A stretch of 56,007 nucleotides of DNA, filler included, from Squatina squatina (GCA_031763465.1; 3 parts of 3 records of this genome joined end to end with filler, not necessarily neighbours in it); one strand, 5' to 3'; positions 11,762-24,500 are shown, counted from the first letter of the whole stretch. A program made the numbers and translations. The notes: generated from the letters alone by a model not told the origin.

Positions 11762-11860
11762 ATCTTGTGAAAAGCTGCTTGTATTGGGTTGATTCAAAGC
11801 TGCACGTATTATCAAGTATAGGCCTAAATGGTCAAAATAGAAGAACAGTGTTGTGGTCAC
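11762..11860 (+). CDS. VLDLR-like propeller exon, cassette 4 (exon 12 equivalent), cut by an assembly gap
   Basis: cacag| [33 protein letters not shown], then an N gap from 11861. Confidence 0.88.
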
Positions 11861-11960
11861 NNNNNNNNNNNNNNNNNNNNNNNNNNNNNNNNNNNNNNNN
11901 NNNNNNNNNNNNNNNNNNNNNNNNNNNNNNNNNNNNNNNNNNNNNNNNNNNNNNNNNNNN

Positions 11961-12860
11961 CGCCTCTAAGAATATTATACTTTTCAATGAGATCACCTCT
12001 CATTCTTCTACACTCCAAAGAATATGTCCATTTTACTCCATCTCAAGGAATCTGTCAAGAGAAATTGCATTCCCTCTAGGGCAAGTTTATTCTTGGATAA
12101 GGAGACCAAAACTGCACATGGTACTCCAGGTGTAGTCTCACCCAAACTCTATAATTGCAGAAAAGTTCCTTACTCTTGTATTCCAACCCTTTAAATCTAA
12201 TGTACATTTTGCTTTCCTAGTTGCTTGCTGTACCTACCTGATTATGTGCAAGGATGCCCAAATCCCTCTGCATACCAATGTTTTTCTATACTTCCTACCA
12301 AAGTGGATAATTTCACCCCACAATACATCTGCCACCTTGCCCACTTACTTAACCTGTTTATATCCCTTTGCATCCTCCTTGTAGCTTACTTTCCCACCTA
12401 GCTTTGTCTGCAAACTTGGATACATTGCACTCAGTCCTCTTGTCTAAGTCATTGGATTGTAATAGCTGCTGCCCAAGCACTATCTTTGCAGCACCCCACT
12501 AGCTACAGCTGGCCAACCTGAAAATGACTGGCTTATTCCTACTGTTTTCTGTCCATTAACCNNNNNNNNNNTCAAATGAACACATTACTCCATCCCTTGA
12601 GCCCTAATCTTGTGTGACTCTTTCTTTAGTGCCTTTTGAAAATCTAAGTGTACTACATACACCACTGGTTCCCTTATCTACCCTGTCAATTAAACCCTCA
12701 ACTCATTGTCAAACACTTTTTTCATAAACTTACTCAATCATAATGATTAAGTGCTTTGTTACCACATCCCAACAGATTCTAGCATTTTCCATATTGATGT
12801 NNNNNNNNNNCCCTCCTTGAATAGTGGTTACATATGCTACCTTCCTATCCACAGGGAAAT
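11961..12860 (-). mobile_element. Degenerate CR1 LINE ORF2 (reverse transcriptase region) fragment
   Basis: Reverse-complement CR1 motifs: gtactccaggtgtagtctcacc (VRLHLEY), tttgtctgcaaacttgg (SKFAD), gccttttgaaaatctaag (LDFQKA). Confidence 0.75.
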
Positions 12861-13453
12861 GATTTAAATGTACTTTCACTTACACATCTCAATGTATTGT
12901 CACCTGAAGAATGACTTTATTTCCTTGCCTCATTAACATAACCTTCCCCATCCAATGTTGCTTCTATTTGTTTAGCTTTGCAGCCCTATCTGCTTATGAG
13001 CACCTGTAACTTTTTAATCTTCATGTGCACCTACAGGTTTCTATTTATACAATAAACTAATCTGACTGCAAATGCCTCAATCTTGGTTGCTTAGTGCTAT
13101 CCAGCAAAAACTCCTTTTTAAACTCTAGGAAATGTGCATCATTACAATGATATATTTTGATGAATGCTTTTTTTTTAAAGTAACTGTTGATCTGAGTCAC
13201 CAAGGATATGGCTGTACTAGATTGTTGACCATTTCATTAGGTTTATTACCACAGGTTCAAAAACTCAGCTGCTGTAATGGGGCTTCCTGACCAGCTTTAA
13301 AAGTTGGTGTAATCTTAGCATAGGCTGGATTAACCTCCCCCAGGAAGGGGATTTCTGCATGTGTATCCTAAGCATACATGTGATGTATACCTTTTCCTAA
13401 CATGCAGTAAGATTGGGTGAACACATGGTTAACTGCTGTTGTCTTTGTTTCAG

Positions 13454-13576
13454 ACACAAGAACATGTCATTTAAATGAAATAAGCTGTGGCCCTAGGTCT
13501 CTTCAGTGTATTCCTGCTTCTTGGAAATGTGATGGAGGAAAGGACTGTGATAATGGCAGTGATGAAGAGAACTGTG
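13454..13576 (+). CDS. LDL-receptor class A (ligand-binding) repeat exon, VLDLR LA3-like
   Basis: tttcag|...|gtaggt; 123 bp, phase 1-1; (D)[40 protein letters not shown](G) with six Cys and the DCxDxSDE-type acidic motif; resembles recalled VLDLR [40 protein letters not shown]. Confidence 0.92.
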
Positions 13577-15189
13577 GTAGGTTAATTCCAAGTTTGAGTC
13601 AACTTTGTTTTGGCTTATGCCCAAAGGCAAGAATTGAAAAGGCAGAGCCTTGAAGTGATCTGGTGTTACACTCCAAACTAACTCTGCAGTCTAGAACATT
13701 GCTTTGTCCAGTTTTGCAGAAGGCCCTTCAGCTGTGATTTGACAATAACTTTGCTGTAGTAAAATTATTTGCAAGGAACTAAACTTGATGCTCAAGCATA
13801 TGGAGCCATTTGTGCCTACCTAGCGCACAAGCTTTTGATCTTAATTTTACCTCCATTTTCCCTGAGGAATGTGATTTTCTTTAACTTGTATTACTTTACA
13901 AGGTAAAGTAAAATAATTGATGACTTTAGAACATCCACTAGCTTTTGTATGACCAATTGCTCATAACTTGGACTATTGGGCCACTTCCATTAATCTTGTC
14001 TGCTGCTATAAACAGGCAAAATTCAGTTTGCAGGATTCAGAGGTTTCACTGCATTGCTATTAAATAGTATTTAATATCTTTGTCCTTTTATGCAATAAAG
14101 CATTAGGCTGATGGTTCCAATAATTCTTCCTCCACAAACCTTATCTGGCTCAGTATGCTGTATGACTGCTTAGGCAAAATGTATGCCATGCTTTATGCTC
14201 CTGTACTGTTTTACATTAGTTGTTTTGAACTAGCTATGACCTAAATCTTGTGTAGCTTTGTTTTGGATTCCTTAAACGTTTGATGCCTTAATCATTGTTT
14301 GGCAACAATTCAAAGACCAGCCTCTAGCTTAGCCTACTTAGTTTCCTTTTTATGGCTGCCTTTTGTTGCCGTGAAGTTCATCAAAATAGGAACTATCTAT
14401 GCAATATCATGCTTGTTTCAATTTGTCATTGTTTCATAAAATTCCAATATCTACTATCCATCAAAAGCATGTCTACTCCTCTACTGCAAATTAGAGGAAA
14501 ATCCATGGACCTAGTTTAAAAAAAAAAAAAAAAACTGACTTTTAAAAAGCACTTGTCTTATGGACCTGCTAATCATTCCATGATCTGCGGAAAGTATTCC
14601 AGAGCAGCCAAATTGAAGTAATGAGCTGTGACTTTGGAAAGGGCAGGGTTGATTTGAAATCAACCCCAGAAAGCCTCATACAGGCTGGATATGCTGAAAA
14701 GTAGCAAGGTTTCTATAGATCAACTGCTTCCAGATCTTTGGGTTAGTCTGGAACTACAGCTACTGGCAGTTCTCTCCCTTGTACCTCACTAGAGCAACTT
14801 GGCAGTAGGGATAGTGGACCTGGTGGGTGAAAATACTTGGATAAATTTCCACTCAGTAGTGGTGGCTTTTTTGGCATAACCTGCACAAATCAATTTTCTG
14901 AAGTCTCTTGTGCTCATTTGGGTGCAAGGACACTAAGGCACACTTTAAATAGCTAAAACCTTTTGAAATTATTAAACTGACTACTGCATTCTTGTAACTA
15001 GCAAATGTCACTTTCAGTAATTTAAAATCTAGGCTACTCAAGTGGTGGATTAACCCAGATTAAAAATGCTTTATGAACTCATTTCCACTGTTAATCAAAC
15101 TGAACCATATCTGCCTGATTGTTCATGGCAGGTTTTTGCATTTGGTGATTTGCAAATGAGTGGAAACTCCAGAGGAGGACCTCAATTTG

Positions 15190-15289
15190 NNNNNNNNNNN
15201 NNNNNNNNNNNNNNNNNNNNNNNNNNNNNNNNNTTAATTAATTAANNNNNNNNNNNNNNNNNNNNNNNNNNNNNNNNNNNNNNNNNNNN
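15190..15289. other. Artificial contig/scaffold joining spacer (N44-TTAATTAATTAA-N44)
   Basis: A 12-mer with stop codons in all six frames centred in exactly 100 positions; identical construct at 33934-34033. Confidence 0.92.
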
Positions 15290-18200
15290 ATTCCTTCAGC
15301 ATTTCTGAGTCATGTGTTCTAATAGCACTTTTCCTATATTCATAGACCATCAGTTCTGATCATTTATCTCAGTTAAACGTGTGGAATTTCATTTTTTGTG
15401 CCTCAAGAATTTTTCATGTCTCCAAATTTTAGTTGCCAAGGAAGAGAATCAAATCTTAATCTGGAACTGTAGAACTTTAGCGCAACTTTAATGGCTTCTC
15501 GTGGGTAAATGCAGCACCTGGTTTGAGACAGAGCCGTACAGAACAGGATGTTCAGAGTTGCCTGACCTAATGGGCTTACATGCCCATAGGATCCTCATTG
15601 CGATCCAGCGGTCACTACTGGAAAGTGTGCATGTTTGTACATTTGACAACAGCAGAATCAGGCTCAGCTGTGATCCCTTCATGATTGAATAGCTGCTGAC
15701 ACCATCTCGGTTCACACACGAGGAGCTGCCACTAGAGTGACGTATGAGAGCATTGTCTTCAGAAGCAGAGATAATGGGGAAAGGGAAGGGGAAGAAACTG
15801 TCTAAAGTCCTACTCTTATTCATTACTGATCCATTCCCTTGATATTTGGTCCATAGCAAATACTCCTGGAAGGGTCTTCCCTTGTGAAGGACTCCTTACC
15901 ATGGCACTGACTGCCCTAAGCCCCTAAAAACCACTAGTGGTTTTGGAAGTTGTAGAAACCCTGCATTTGCTGAGTGCTGTTAATCTGGGTTTATGCTGAA
16001 TCTCCCAACTATATCCAACATGTCAATTTATCCATAGTGAGTGCAGCGCTAAATGTAAAAGAAGCCTAAAACATGTGGGTGCTTTGACTGCACCAATCTC
16101 TAAAAAGAACTTTGCTCTTTCAAGTTCTATTTTGGGCCCTTGATTCAAACCCTGCAACTTTTAATTAGGAAATGGTACATTCATAAAGTCAAATTCAAAC
16201 TTTATGTTTGGCAGCATTTTGAGTTGCAGGCAACAGTCTGGATGAACACTGAGCTACCTAGCACATCCTCTACTAGGTTACAAGGGATCAATAGATAGAG
16301 GTCCGCATGCCCTTCAATCCACTATATTACCTGTTAGCAAGAAAATATTTGCTTCATTCTTAAGGTGGAACTATTGCTGTTGCAATGGCTCCTTCCACAC
16401 TCACATGCTGATGGCCCACCATTATGGGGAGGAAGCTAACAGTGCATTCGACAAAATGGAGATATGCACATGGCGGACTAGTTTAGCTGCCATCACTTCC
16501 TGTATTCTTCCAGTCTGAGCTAGACCAGTATAGTAGAATGTTTGAGCAGGTTCCTTGAGTTCTGTGCTATTCCAGGTGTGGGCCTGGTGGTGCAGGTTTT
16601 CAAAGGGCAGCACAAGCAGCGAGTTGAATGTCCACATTTTACCTTCTGGATCTGTTCCAAGATAAGGACAATGTGCTCGGGCATCTGGAAAAGCCATTAG
16701 CCTGCAGTGCAGTAGCACCTGGAAGGACGATAAAACAGAGAGATGAACATCCTGCGGTCTGTGATGAAGAGAGTCAAACTGAGAGGAAAGTTATAACAGT
16801 TAGAGCAGGGTCAGAGAACTAGCATCAGGCATAAGAGAACAAAAGGTGAGGGAAGTGGAAGGGAAGAGGTAACAGGTGACAAATTAAAACGGAGGGCAGG
16901 GAGAACTCGTAAAGCAGTTAGTTGCAGAGGCGTGGCAGCCATAAGAATTACAGGGAAAGGATGGGGAGCAAAACCAGTGTCAGCTGTAAGAATAAAAAGG
17001 GGGAAATGAAACAAAAGGAAATGGAGGCGAGGTTGGCAATCCAGAAGACACAGTCAGCAGATAAAAGAAAATGATCGCCTGTTCAGTAAGGATGGGAAAA
17101 GCCACAGGCAGAAGACTTAGACAGCAGGCGCAGGCAAATAATGTGGGAAAATATCAGAGGCAGTGAAAACTGATTATTCTACCAAGCATATAATGAACAA
17201 GATGAGCTCGGCAATAAATTAAGATACAAGTGAGAATAGTGAAGAAAAAGATGGCAGGATTAAGGACAGGTTCAATACCAAGGAGACAGGAACATTTTAG
17301 ACAAAAAAAATCAACTTTGTTAATTTAGGACTTCTTTTATAGTTTTAAGTAATGATCTCATATTTTGAGAATTGTAATTGCGTCAGGGTTTTTCAGTCAT
17401 AAACAGGTATTTAATTGGTTCTTGAAAACAAGGCTTGATACGTTGCATTTGATAAGTTTATTGGATATCAATAAGTGGCCAGTTCTCATGCTGCGGTAAC
17501 TATGTTATTTTGATGACACAGAATGAACATTACTCAAGTTGAATAGAAATGCTAAACTAGAAGCTGTGGTGGAGCACATCACATTGTTCAGACTGGATCT
17601 GAACCCTGAATCTTTGATCTTCAGCCGGCTCACTCATCCCCACCAAGGTGTTGATTTATATACTTTAGGAAATTGGCAGAAATGTCAGTTTGATGTAGAA
17701 TATTAGACCTTTGACACATGTGTCATTCNNNNNNNNNNNNNNNNNNNNNNNNNNNNNNNNNNNNNNNNNNNNNNNNNNNNNNNNNNNNNNNNNNNNNNNN
17801 NNNNNNNNNNNNNNNNNNNNNNNNNNNNCACAAACATAAGAGACATCTTCCTATACGTGTTGTCACTGACAACCTGACAGGAAACATCAGAGATGCAGTT
17901 TCAACTTTTATGCAAAAAATATTTTCAGGAATCCTTCCAACATTTTCCCTGAATAAAAATGCCTGAGATGTGTGTGTATATAAGAGTTGTGATGTACTGT
18001 TGTTTTTCTTTTTTGCATATGAATATGTATCATTTGTCATTTGCATTTGAGAGATGCAAAAGTCTTTGAAGAGAAGAGCAGCAATCTAACATTAGAGGCT
18101 TATTCCGTGGTCAGTACTGAAGCCAGGTTACAATCCAGAGCTAATCCTTAAATCCACATCATAAAAGTGATAACGTGGGCAATAATCAGTATTAAAATAG

Positions 18201-19999
18201 TATTTATTCATTTAACCTATAAAGCCACATTGTGTCAAAGTCAAACCAATACATCTTCTTCACAGACCACAGCCAAAACAAAATGCCAAAGTTTAATTTT
18301 TTTTCATATACAGTTATAGTACAGAACTCAAGTTCCCATTGGTCAAACAGCCAAATGCATGATTAAATCTGACCTTCTTTAGATATAAATTGTTTTTCTG
18401 CTTCAGCCATCTGACACTTACATGCCCAATGAATCAATACAGACATCATTGCTGGTACTGTTGTGGCCCAAGTCAATTCAGTTTGCTATTTTTGCACAGC
18501 CTATAAACTAACTTGCTACTGTTACATTTTTGAAGTAATTAATAATCTGCCGCCAAGTCGAGTAGAAAAGAATCGCGAACATCAAGAAATTCAAGAACAT
18601 TTGCTGTTTAATACATTACGATGGTTAAGTCCCGAGAGTCTCCTTAAAGCTGCATACTGTTCTAAAACCACCTTTGCTCTAGGGACTGCAATATCTAGTG
18701 GAAAATCATATTTAGATTACAGTGTGTTTTGAAATGGAACATTGCACACTTAAAAATCCCAGCTACAAAGAGACTTTGGACAGCCAAGTAGCTGAAGACA
18801 GTAGAGAATCCACTCCATCTTCTTTGTATCATTACAAACATTATAAATTTCTTGTAATTTATTATAGTTTAGAGTCANNNNNNNNNNNNNNNNNNNNNNN
18901 NNNNNNNNNNNNNNNNNNNNNNNNNNNNNNNNNNNNNNNNNNNNNNNNNNNNNNNNNNNNNNNNNNNNNNNNNNNNNTCAGCTCATTAAACCAATCGGTA
19001 GGTGAAGGTAATTGTGATCGCCAAGGAAATGACCTGCTCAAATTGAGAAAACATAATTGACAGCCAATTCAATCAGACAGGCTATTCATCATCAATTTAG
19101 AAAGTGGGTTATAATCTTTATTTTGCAGTTATAATAGATTCATTTATATTCATACTTAATTTTATTTGATACGTTATCAAAATGATTTTCTAATTGGGAT
19201 TTTAGAATTCAGTGCTTAATGACAACAAGCTGGAGTGTGATGTAACACTGCATTTTAGTATTGGCTAACTTACAATATACAGTTCTATACGACTTGAGGA
19301 AACTCTGTCACATTAAGCATTATAGGCATCATTTATTCAGCAACAAGACTTTATTTACAGAAAATAGCTCTATTGATTGTAACTGTTAGACACATTATCC
19401 GGTCATTAAATAATCTTTCATGGTTTATTGCATGGTTTGGCACTTGATTTCACAGCTTGATTAGTCCTGAAAAGAACAAACAATTTGAAAAATCGCATCA
19501 ATTACTCTGAAAAACATTAAGTATATCCTACTATAGACAAGTAGACTTGGGTTGATCCATAAGGAGTCCATTGTCTATGTAACATTTGTAATCTGCAGTC
19601 TGTTTTTCCTCTTTCTAAATCAAAGGCCTATCGTAACACTTCAGAAATGAATAAAAACTCAACTCCACACAATTCTCTGTTGACCAAATAATATGAATGT
19701 TTTATATAATACAAACCAGGAGAACAAACCAGAGAGGCTGAACCTTCCTGGGATTTGTTAAAAAGAAACGGGAAACTTAACCATGTTGCCAAAAGCTTCA
19801 GATAACTTAACTCCAACCAATTGCTCAAAGTCCTGCTGTGCCAGTTCAATAGATTTCACTATATTCAGTCACATTATCAATACTACATACAGGGCAATAG
19901 GGTTACTTCTGTTCCATCACCATTATCCAACGGTATGCTAAACCCAATCTTTTTAACTGAGACTGTCAGACCATCAGCACAGATGTGTGTGCATTAAAA

Positions 20000-20360
20000 A
20001 CATAAGAAATATTAGCAGGAATAGGCCATATGGCCCCTCGAGCCTGCTGTGCCATTCAAAAAGATCTTCAACCTCAACTCCACGTTCCCGCCTGATTCCT
20101 ATAACCCTTGATTCCCCGAGAGTCCAAAAATCTATCTATCTCAGCCTTGAATATACTCAATGACTCAGCATCCNNNNNNNNNNNNNNNNNNNNNNNNNNN
20201 NNNNNNNNNNNNNNNNNNNNNNNNNNNNNNNNNNNNNNNNNNNNNNNNNNNNNNNNNNNNNNNNNNNNNNNNNCACCACTCTCTGGGTGAAAAAGTTTTT
20301 CCTCATCTCTGTCCTAAATGGCTTCCCTCTTATCCTCAAACTGTGCCCCTTGGTTCTGGA
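20000..20360 (-). mobile_element. CR1 LINE 3' end (gapped)
   Basis: Minus-strand RIRGKPFRTEMRKNFFTQRVV; plus-strand tail acataagaaat..agcaggaataggccat. Confidence 0.8.
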
Positions 20361-23300
20361 TCAAACATCTATTCTGATTTGTGATTTAAAAAAAAAAGAA
20401 GCTTCAAATTCTTTCTAAATTGGGTGATTTGCAACAGAGCTCAGGAAGTTGCAAAGGAAAATTGATATTCTTGTGTTCCCGGTGTTGCCAACACATCAAT
20501 AAAAATAAAACTGGCCACTGTTCACTGATTGAGCGGCGAGTGGAGGATTGAATCAGAAGTTACTTGTCTTCAACAAACTTTCTGAGAGCACAAATATTTT
20601 TCATCTAATGCATGAAGCACCTGAAGATTAATCACATTATTCAAACTTTGCATTGCTTTCCAAGTGGCTTACTCCTGCATGAAATTTGAAAAAAAAACTC
20701 TTAGCAGAGCCTGCCAGGAACGGAGAAACATTTTCTGCTATCAACAGCACTTGTAATCCAATTCACACTGGCAGGCCTGAGTAATATACTTCCTCGACAC
20801 ATTTAGAACAGAAACGGGATAGCAATCAGACACATTGATTACCTTCCATTCTGCTCTCTCAAGCCCTCCACAGACTTAATTGGCAGCCTTCCTGTACATG
20901 CCGCCAATTGCACCTTTCAGGAGACTTTTGGACCACTTTACTATCACATGCTGCAGCAAAAAGTTTCTTGGCAATCTGTCGGCTATAGTGCCAGGAATGC
21001 TGACAAATATCAGGTTAGGCTGTGCCCAAAATTATGCTGAAGCCCGAGTGCAGAATTTCAAAATGCTTTGCAAACACCTTTGGAGAGATATCTATGCTGG
21101 ATGCAAATTGCACTCTGAAAGGGTTACCTCATTTTATCCAGATTGCACTCTGCGGATGTGCTATCAAAATTTCCCGGCGAATTCTGTCTTATAAACAAAA
21201 CTTATTACCAAGCACCAGAATTCTGTGAAAAGTTTTATAGACTACAAGCTGGCCTTAGCAATACGCTGCTTTCTGAGTGCACTGTATGAACAACATTCCT
21301 CCGATGGTAATCTATGCAGTGGTACACACCGGATTTCTCCACAACAGATGGTCCAGAACACTTGGAAGAAGTATTTGATTCTGAATAAATTATTGAAAGC
21401 TTTTAACTAGTGCAANNNNNNNNNNNNNNNNNNNNNNNNNNNNNNNNNNNNNNNNNNNNNNNNNNNNNNNNNNNNNNNNNNNNNNNNNNNNNNNNNNNNN
21501 NNNNNNNNNNNNNNNGTGGTGGCTTATGAGAGCCACTAGCAAGGAATCACCCTAATACAGAAACTCTCAACCTTTTTCATATTGCAACTTTGGAAATTTC
21601 CCACTCCATCTTAGCCTGCAACCATAAAAATGTGATTAATTCCCTGCAGAGAGAGTGGGGAAATAAGAGAAAGAGTTGGCACTGTGGGTTACTCGCGAGT
21701 TGTACTTTCAGAAAGGTATTCATAAATGTCTGTGAGCAAGTTACTTGCCTGCATTCTTGGGTGCAGTTTGGACCAGAAAAGGAGAAGGAGGGGAGGGGAG
21801 AGAAAAAGTTTTTTAAAATAGATTAGATTTGCTAATTTTGCGATTGGCCTGTAGTGGCACAACATGAATGATGCACCAAGCTTTATTTTATTGACGCGCT
21901 GTCCAATCTCGACACATTTCAGCATTTTCTTGTCAACTTTCCATTGGGCATTTAGGTGTATGGCCAGATCTAACATTGTTTATTCATCTGTGTGCTATTA
22001 ACCCCTCTTAGCAGCCTAACCTATGAGTCATTTTTCATTTTGTCGATGCACTATAATTAATGTCTGTATTTATGTACTTGCCCTCAGCGTGTGTAGGTGC
22101 TTAGGTCATTGTGTGGGTGTGTGGACTATTAAATGAAGTTTNNNNNNNNNNNNNNNNNNNNNNNNNNNNNNNNNNNNNNNNNNNNNNNNNNNNNNNNNNN
22201 NNNNNNNNNNNNNNNNNNNNNNNNNNNNNNNNNNNNNNNNNTACCCATCCAAGCACCATAAATTAAAAATCAATGACAAAGCTGGTTAGGAATATTTTTC
22301 TGAACAGCCTAGTTCCGCCGCTCGATGCTCAGTTCAACTGAGGAGCAGGAGCGCCCGCCAGCCGAAGGCTAAAATTACATAAATACAGTGCAAGACCCTT
22401 ATTTAAATATTTTAATGCGGTTCTCGTCTGTTTTGGGCAGCCTACGTCAAAGCTTGCTCGGAAATCATGTCAGCTGGGTCTCAGTCGATAAGTGAACCAT
22501 AGGATTTTTTTTTATAATAAATTTTTGTCTGCCTGCTGCTGTGTTCACACTGATGTATGTGGAGGTAGGCAGCTGGTAATTTACCCCCATCATTCCTCCT
22601 GAGAAAAAGCATCAAACTTAAACAATAGTGCTCACACTGGGGTACTTCAGTCACACAGGAGCTGTTTGGTCGTGTAAACTGCCATCTCATCAGGAATGGC
22701 CTCAATTAAGGGCCGAGCTGTTCTGAAGAAAACCTCAAATTCTATAGTTACCATCGTGATCAACATGATGAGAGAACAAACTTTGAAATGTCCCAACCTG
22801 CATACATATAGATTCAACGAGCGTGTTGGCAAGCAAGATGACAAAAAGAATTGTGGGAGGAAAGGGGGAATCATTTTTTTAAATTGTTAATATTTGTCAA
22901 TTTTTAATATGCAGTTCTCTTAGACTGAATAACAAAGAAACATTTGGGATATTAATTTCAGAAAAGCTCTGTGTGTTAGTCTGACGAGAAACTGGCCTCA
23001 ATTTCAGGTTTAAAATTTTTCTGGCACAAAATCATTTTCAAAAATAACATGGATTTTTAAAAAGGATTCTAGAGGGACTATTGGCTGGGAGAAAAAGAGA
23101 AATAAAATGAGAGTATTGAGGGCAATATTAAATATAGTGACAGTGAAATTAAATTCGCCATTGCTGAACAGTGACAAACCTTCAAAAGATTGAGTTTAAA
23201 CCAGTGAGAAATATATACAGCAATACCTCGGGGAAGGGGCAATGCCAGGTTTCTGAGAAAGAGGATGTTGGAAATCTGGCTTGTCCAAACCTTTTGCCCA

Positions 23301-24214
23301 CCTGAACCATTTTTTCTGATATTTATTCGAGGAGAAAAACTCAAAGTGTAAAAACGTAACAATTTAATCAACAATTGGGNNNNNNNNNNNNNNNNNNNNN
23401 NNNNNNNNNNNNNNNNNNNNNNNNNNNNNNNNNNNNNNNNNNNNNNNNNNNNNNNNNNNNNNNNNNNNNNNNNNNNNNNAGTAACCCACCTCACTGGCTT
23501 TTCTCCCCGTGTACACTTTTTCTTGAAGATGATGCCCATTTAAATTAGAGGGGCTCAAAAAACAAAGGGATATCAAGTAAGTGATCAGCTGAAGAATTGA
23601 AATGGGAGAGTATTTAGAGCAATTTGAAATTTATAATGATCCACTTTCGGCAATAGGTTGCTGAGCTTTCTCTGTGTGTGTAACAGTGAGAGGTCATTTA
23701 TCTTGTTCTCTTCCAATCATCCTCATACATGTGCTGAATATCCGAACTCAGTAAGTAGCCCAGCAGCAGTTTAATAATAGAGTCCAGTACTGTACCACTG
23801 CTACAGCTTCAAGCAGTGCAAGTCCCTGCTGGCAATGCTGATGTGCCAATGTGCAACACGCTGGTATAAAGTCTTCTCTCCACCATTTTAATGGAGGCAC
23901 TAGCTTGTTTATTTTAAACTGGTTAATGCTTTGCTTAATATAGTAGAAAAAACAATTTGATACAAGTGCCAAAATGTAATTTGTAGCTTTTAGTGAGGAG
24001 CTGCTGCACTTAGCATCAAAGAAATGAAAAAACAAGAAAGACTTGCAATTATATAATGCTTGGCATGGCCCCAGGACATCCCATCGCACTTCACAGTCAA
24101 TGAAGTAGAATGATAAAGGCTCTGTTTTAAAACCTCTCAAGAATTGCCATTATGGCCATCCAGATTACCCTACCTTCCTTGTTCAGGTTCCACTTCTTCA
24201 TCTCTGCACTTTGG

Positions 24215-24500
24215 AGAAAATGTTAAACCGAGGTACCCGCATACTTCTTCAGGTGGATGTTAAAGATCTTGTTACGCTTGAAAAGAGCAGGATGTTCTCC
24301 TGATGTCCTGGCTAATATTCATCCTAACCAATACCACACAAAAAAACCCAGATTATTTGATTGCTTGTCTCATTGAAGTTACTGGTGCAAAATGGCTGCT
24401 GTTTGTGCCTACCTATCAACAGTCCACACTTCCAATAAAACCCAAGTCATTCTGTGGAGGATTTGAGGCGTATCGATGTGAAAAAGAGCAATTTAAATAC
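24215..24500 (+). mobile_element. DeuSINE/SacSINE1-like SINE
   Basis: gttaaaccgagg..caggtggatgttaaagatc..gaaaagagcagg..tgtcctggctaatatt..cagattatt..aaatggctgc matches the Deu-domain core as recalled. Confidence 0.65.

Noticed and set aside
1609-11860. Calling the repeated propellers LRP4, LRP5 or LRP6
   Set aside because: Exon sizes, phases and sequence follow the LDLR/VLDLR pattern, and the copies resemble each other and VLDLR much more than LRP5/6 propellers do.
1609-11860. Repeats as a haplotig or assembly duplication artefact
   Set aside because: Copies differ at many codons and have introns of different length and sequence; only their order across gaps is uncertain.
15234-15245. TTAATTAATTAA palindrome as a biological site
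   Set aside because: It is centred in N runs and repeated identically at 33978-33989, so it is an assembly linker.
15488-15859. 123-aa minus-strand ORF
   Set aside because: No recognisable domain and no match to the expected SLC2A4RG-family exons.
16643-16718. Exon-like segment on the minus strand (ccttccag|...|gtaaaa, 76 bp)
   Set aside because: Splice signals look good, but no frame resembles a known protein and it borders a low-complexity purine-rich tract that creates chance acceptors.
20880-21228. Overlapping ORFs with Cys/His residues as zinc-finger exons
   Set aside because: Wrong strand for the SLC2A4RG-like gene and no C2H2 or CR3 motif.
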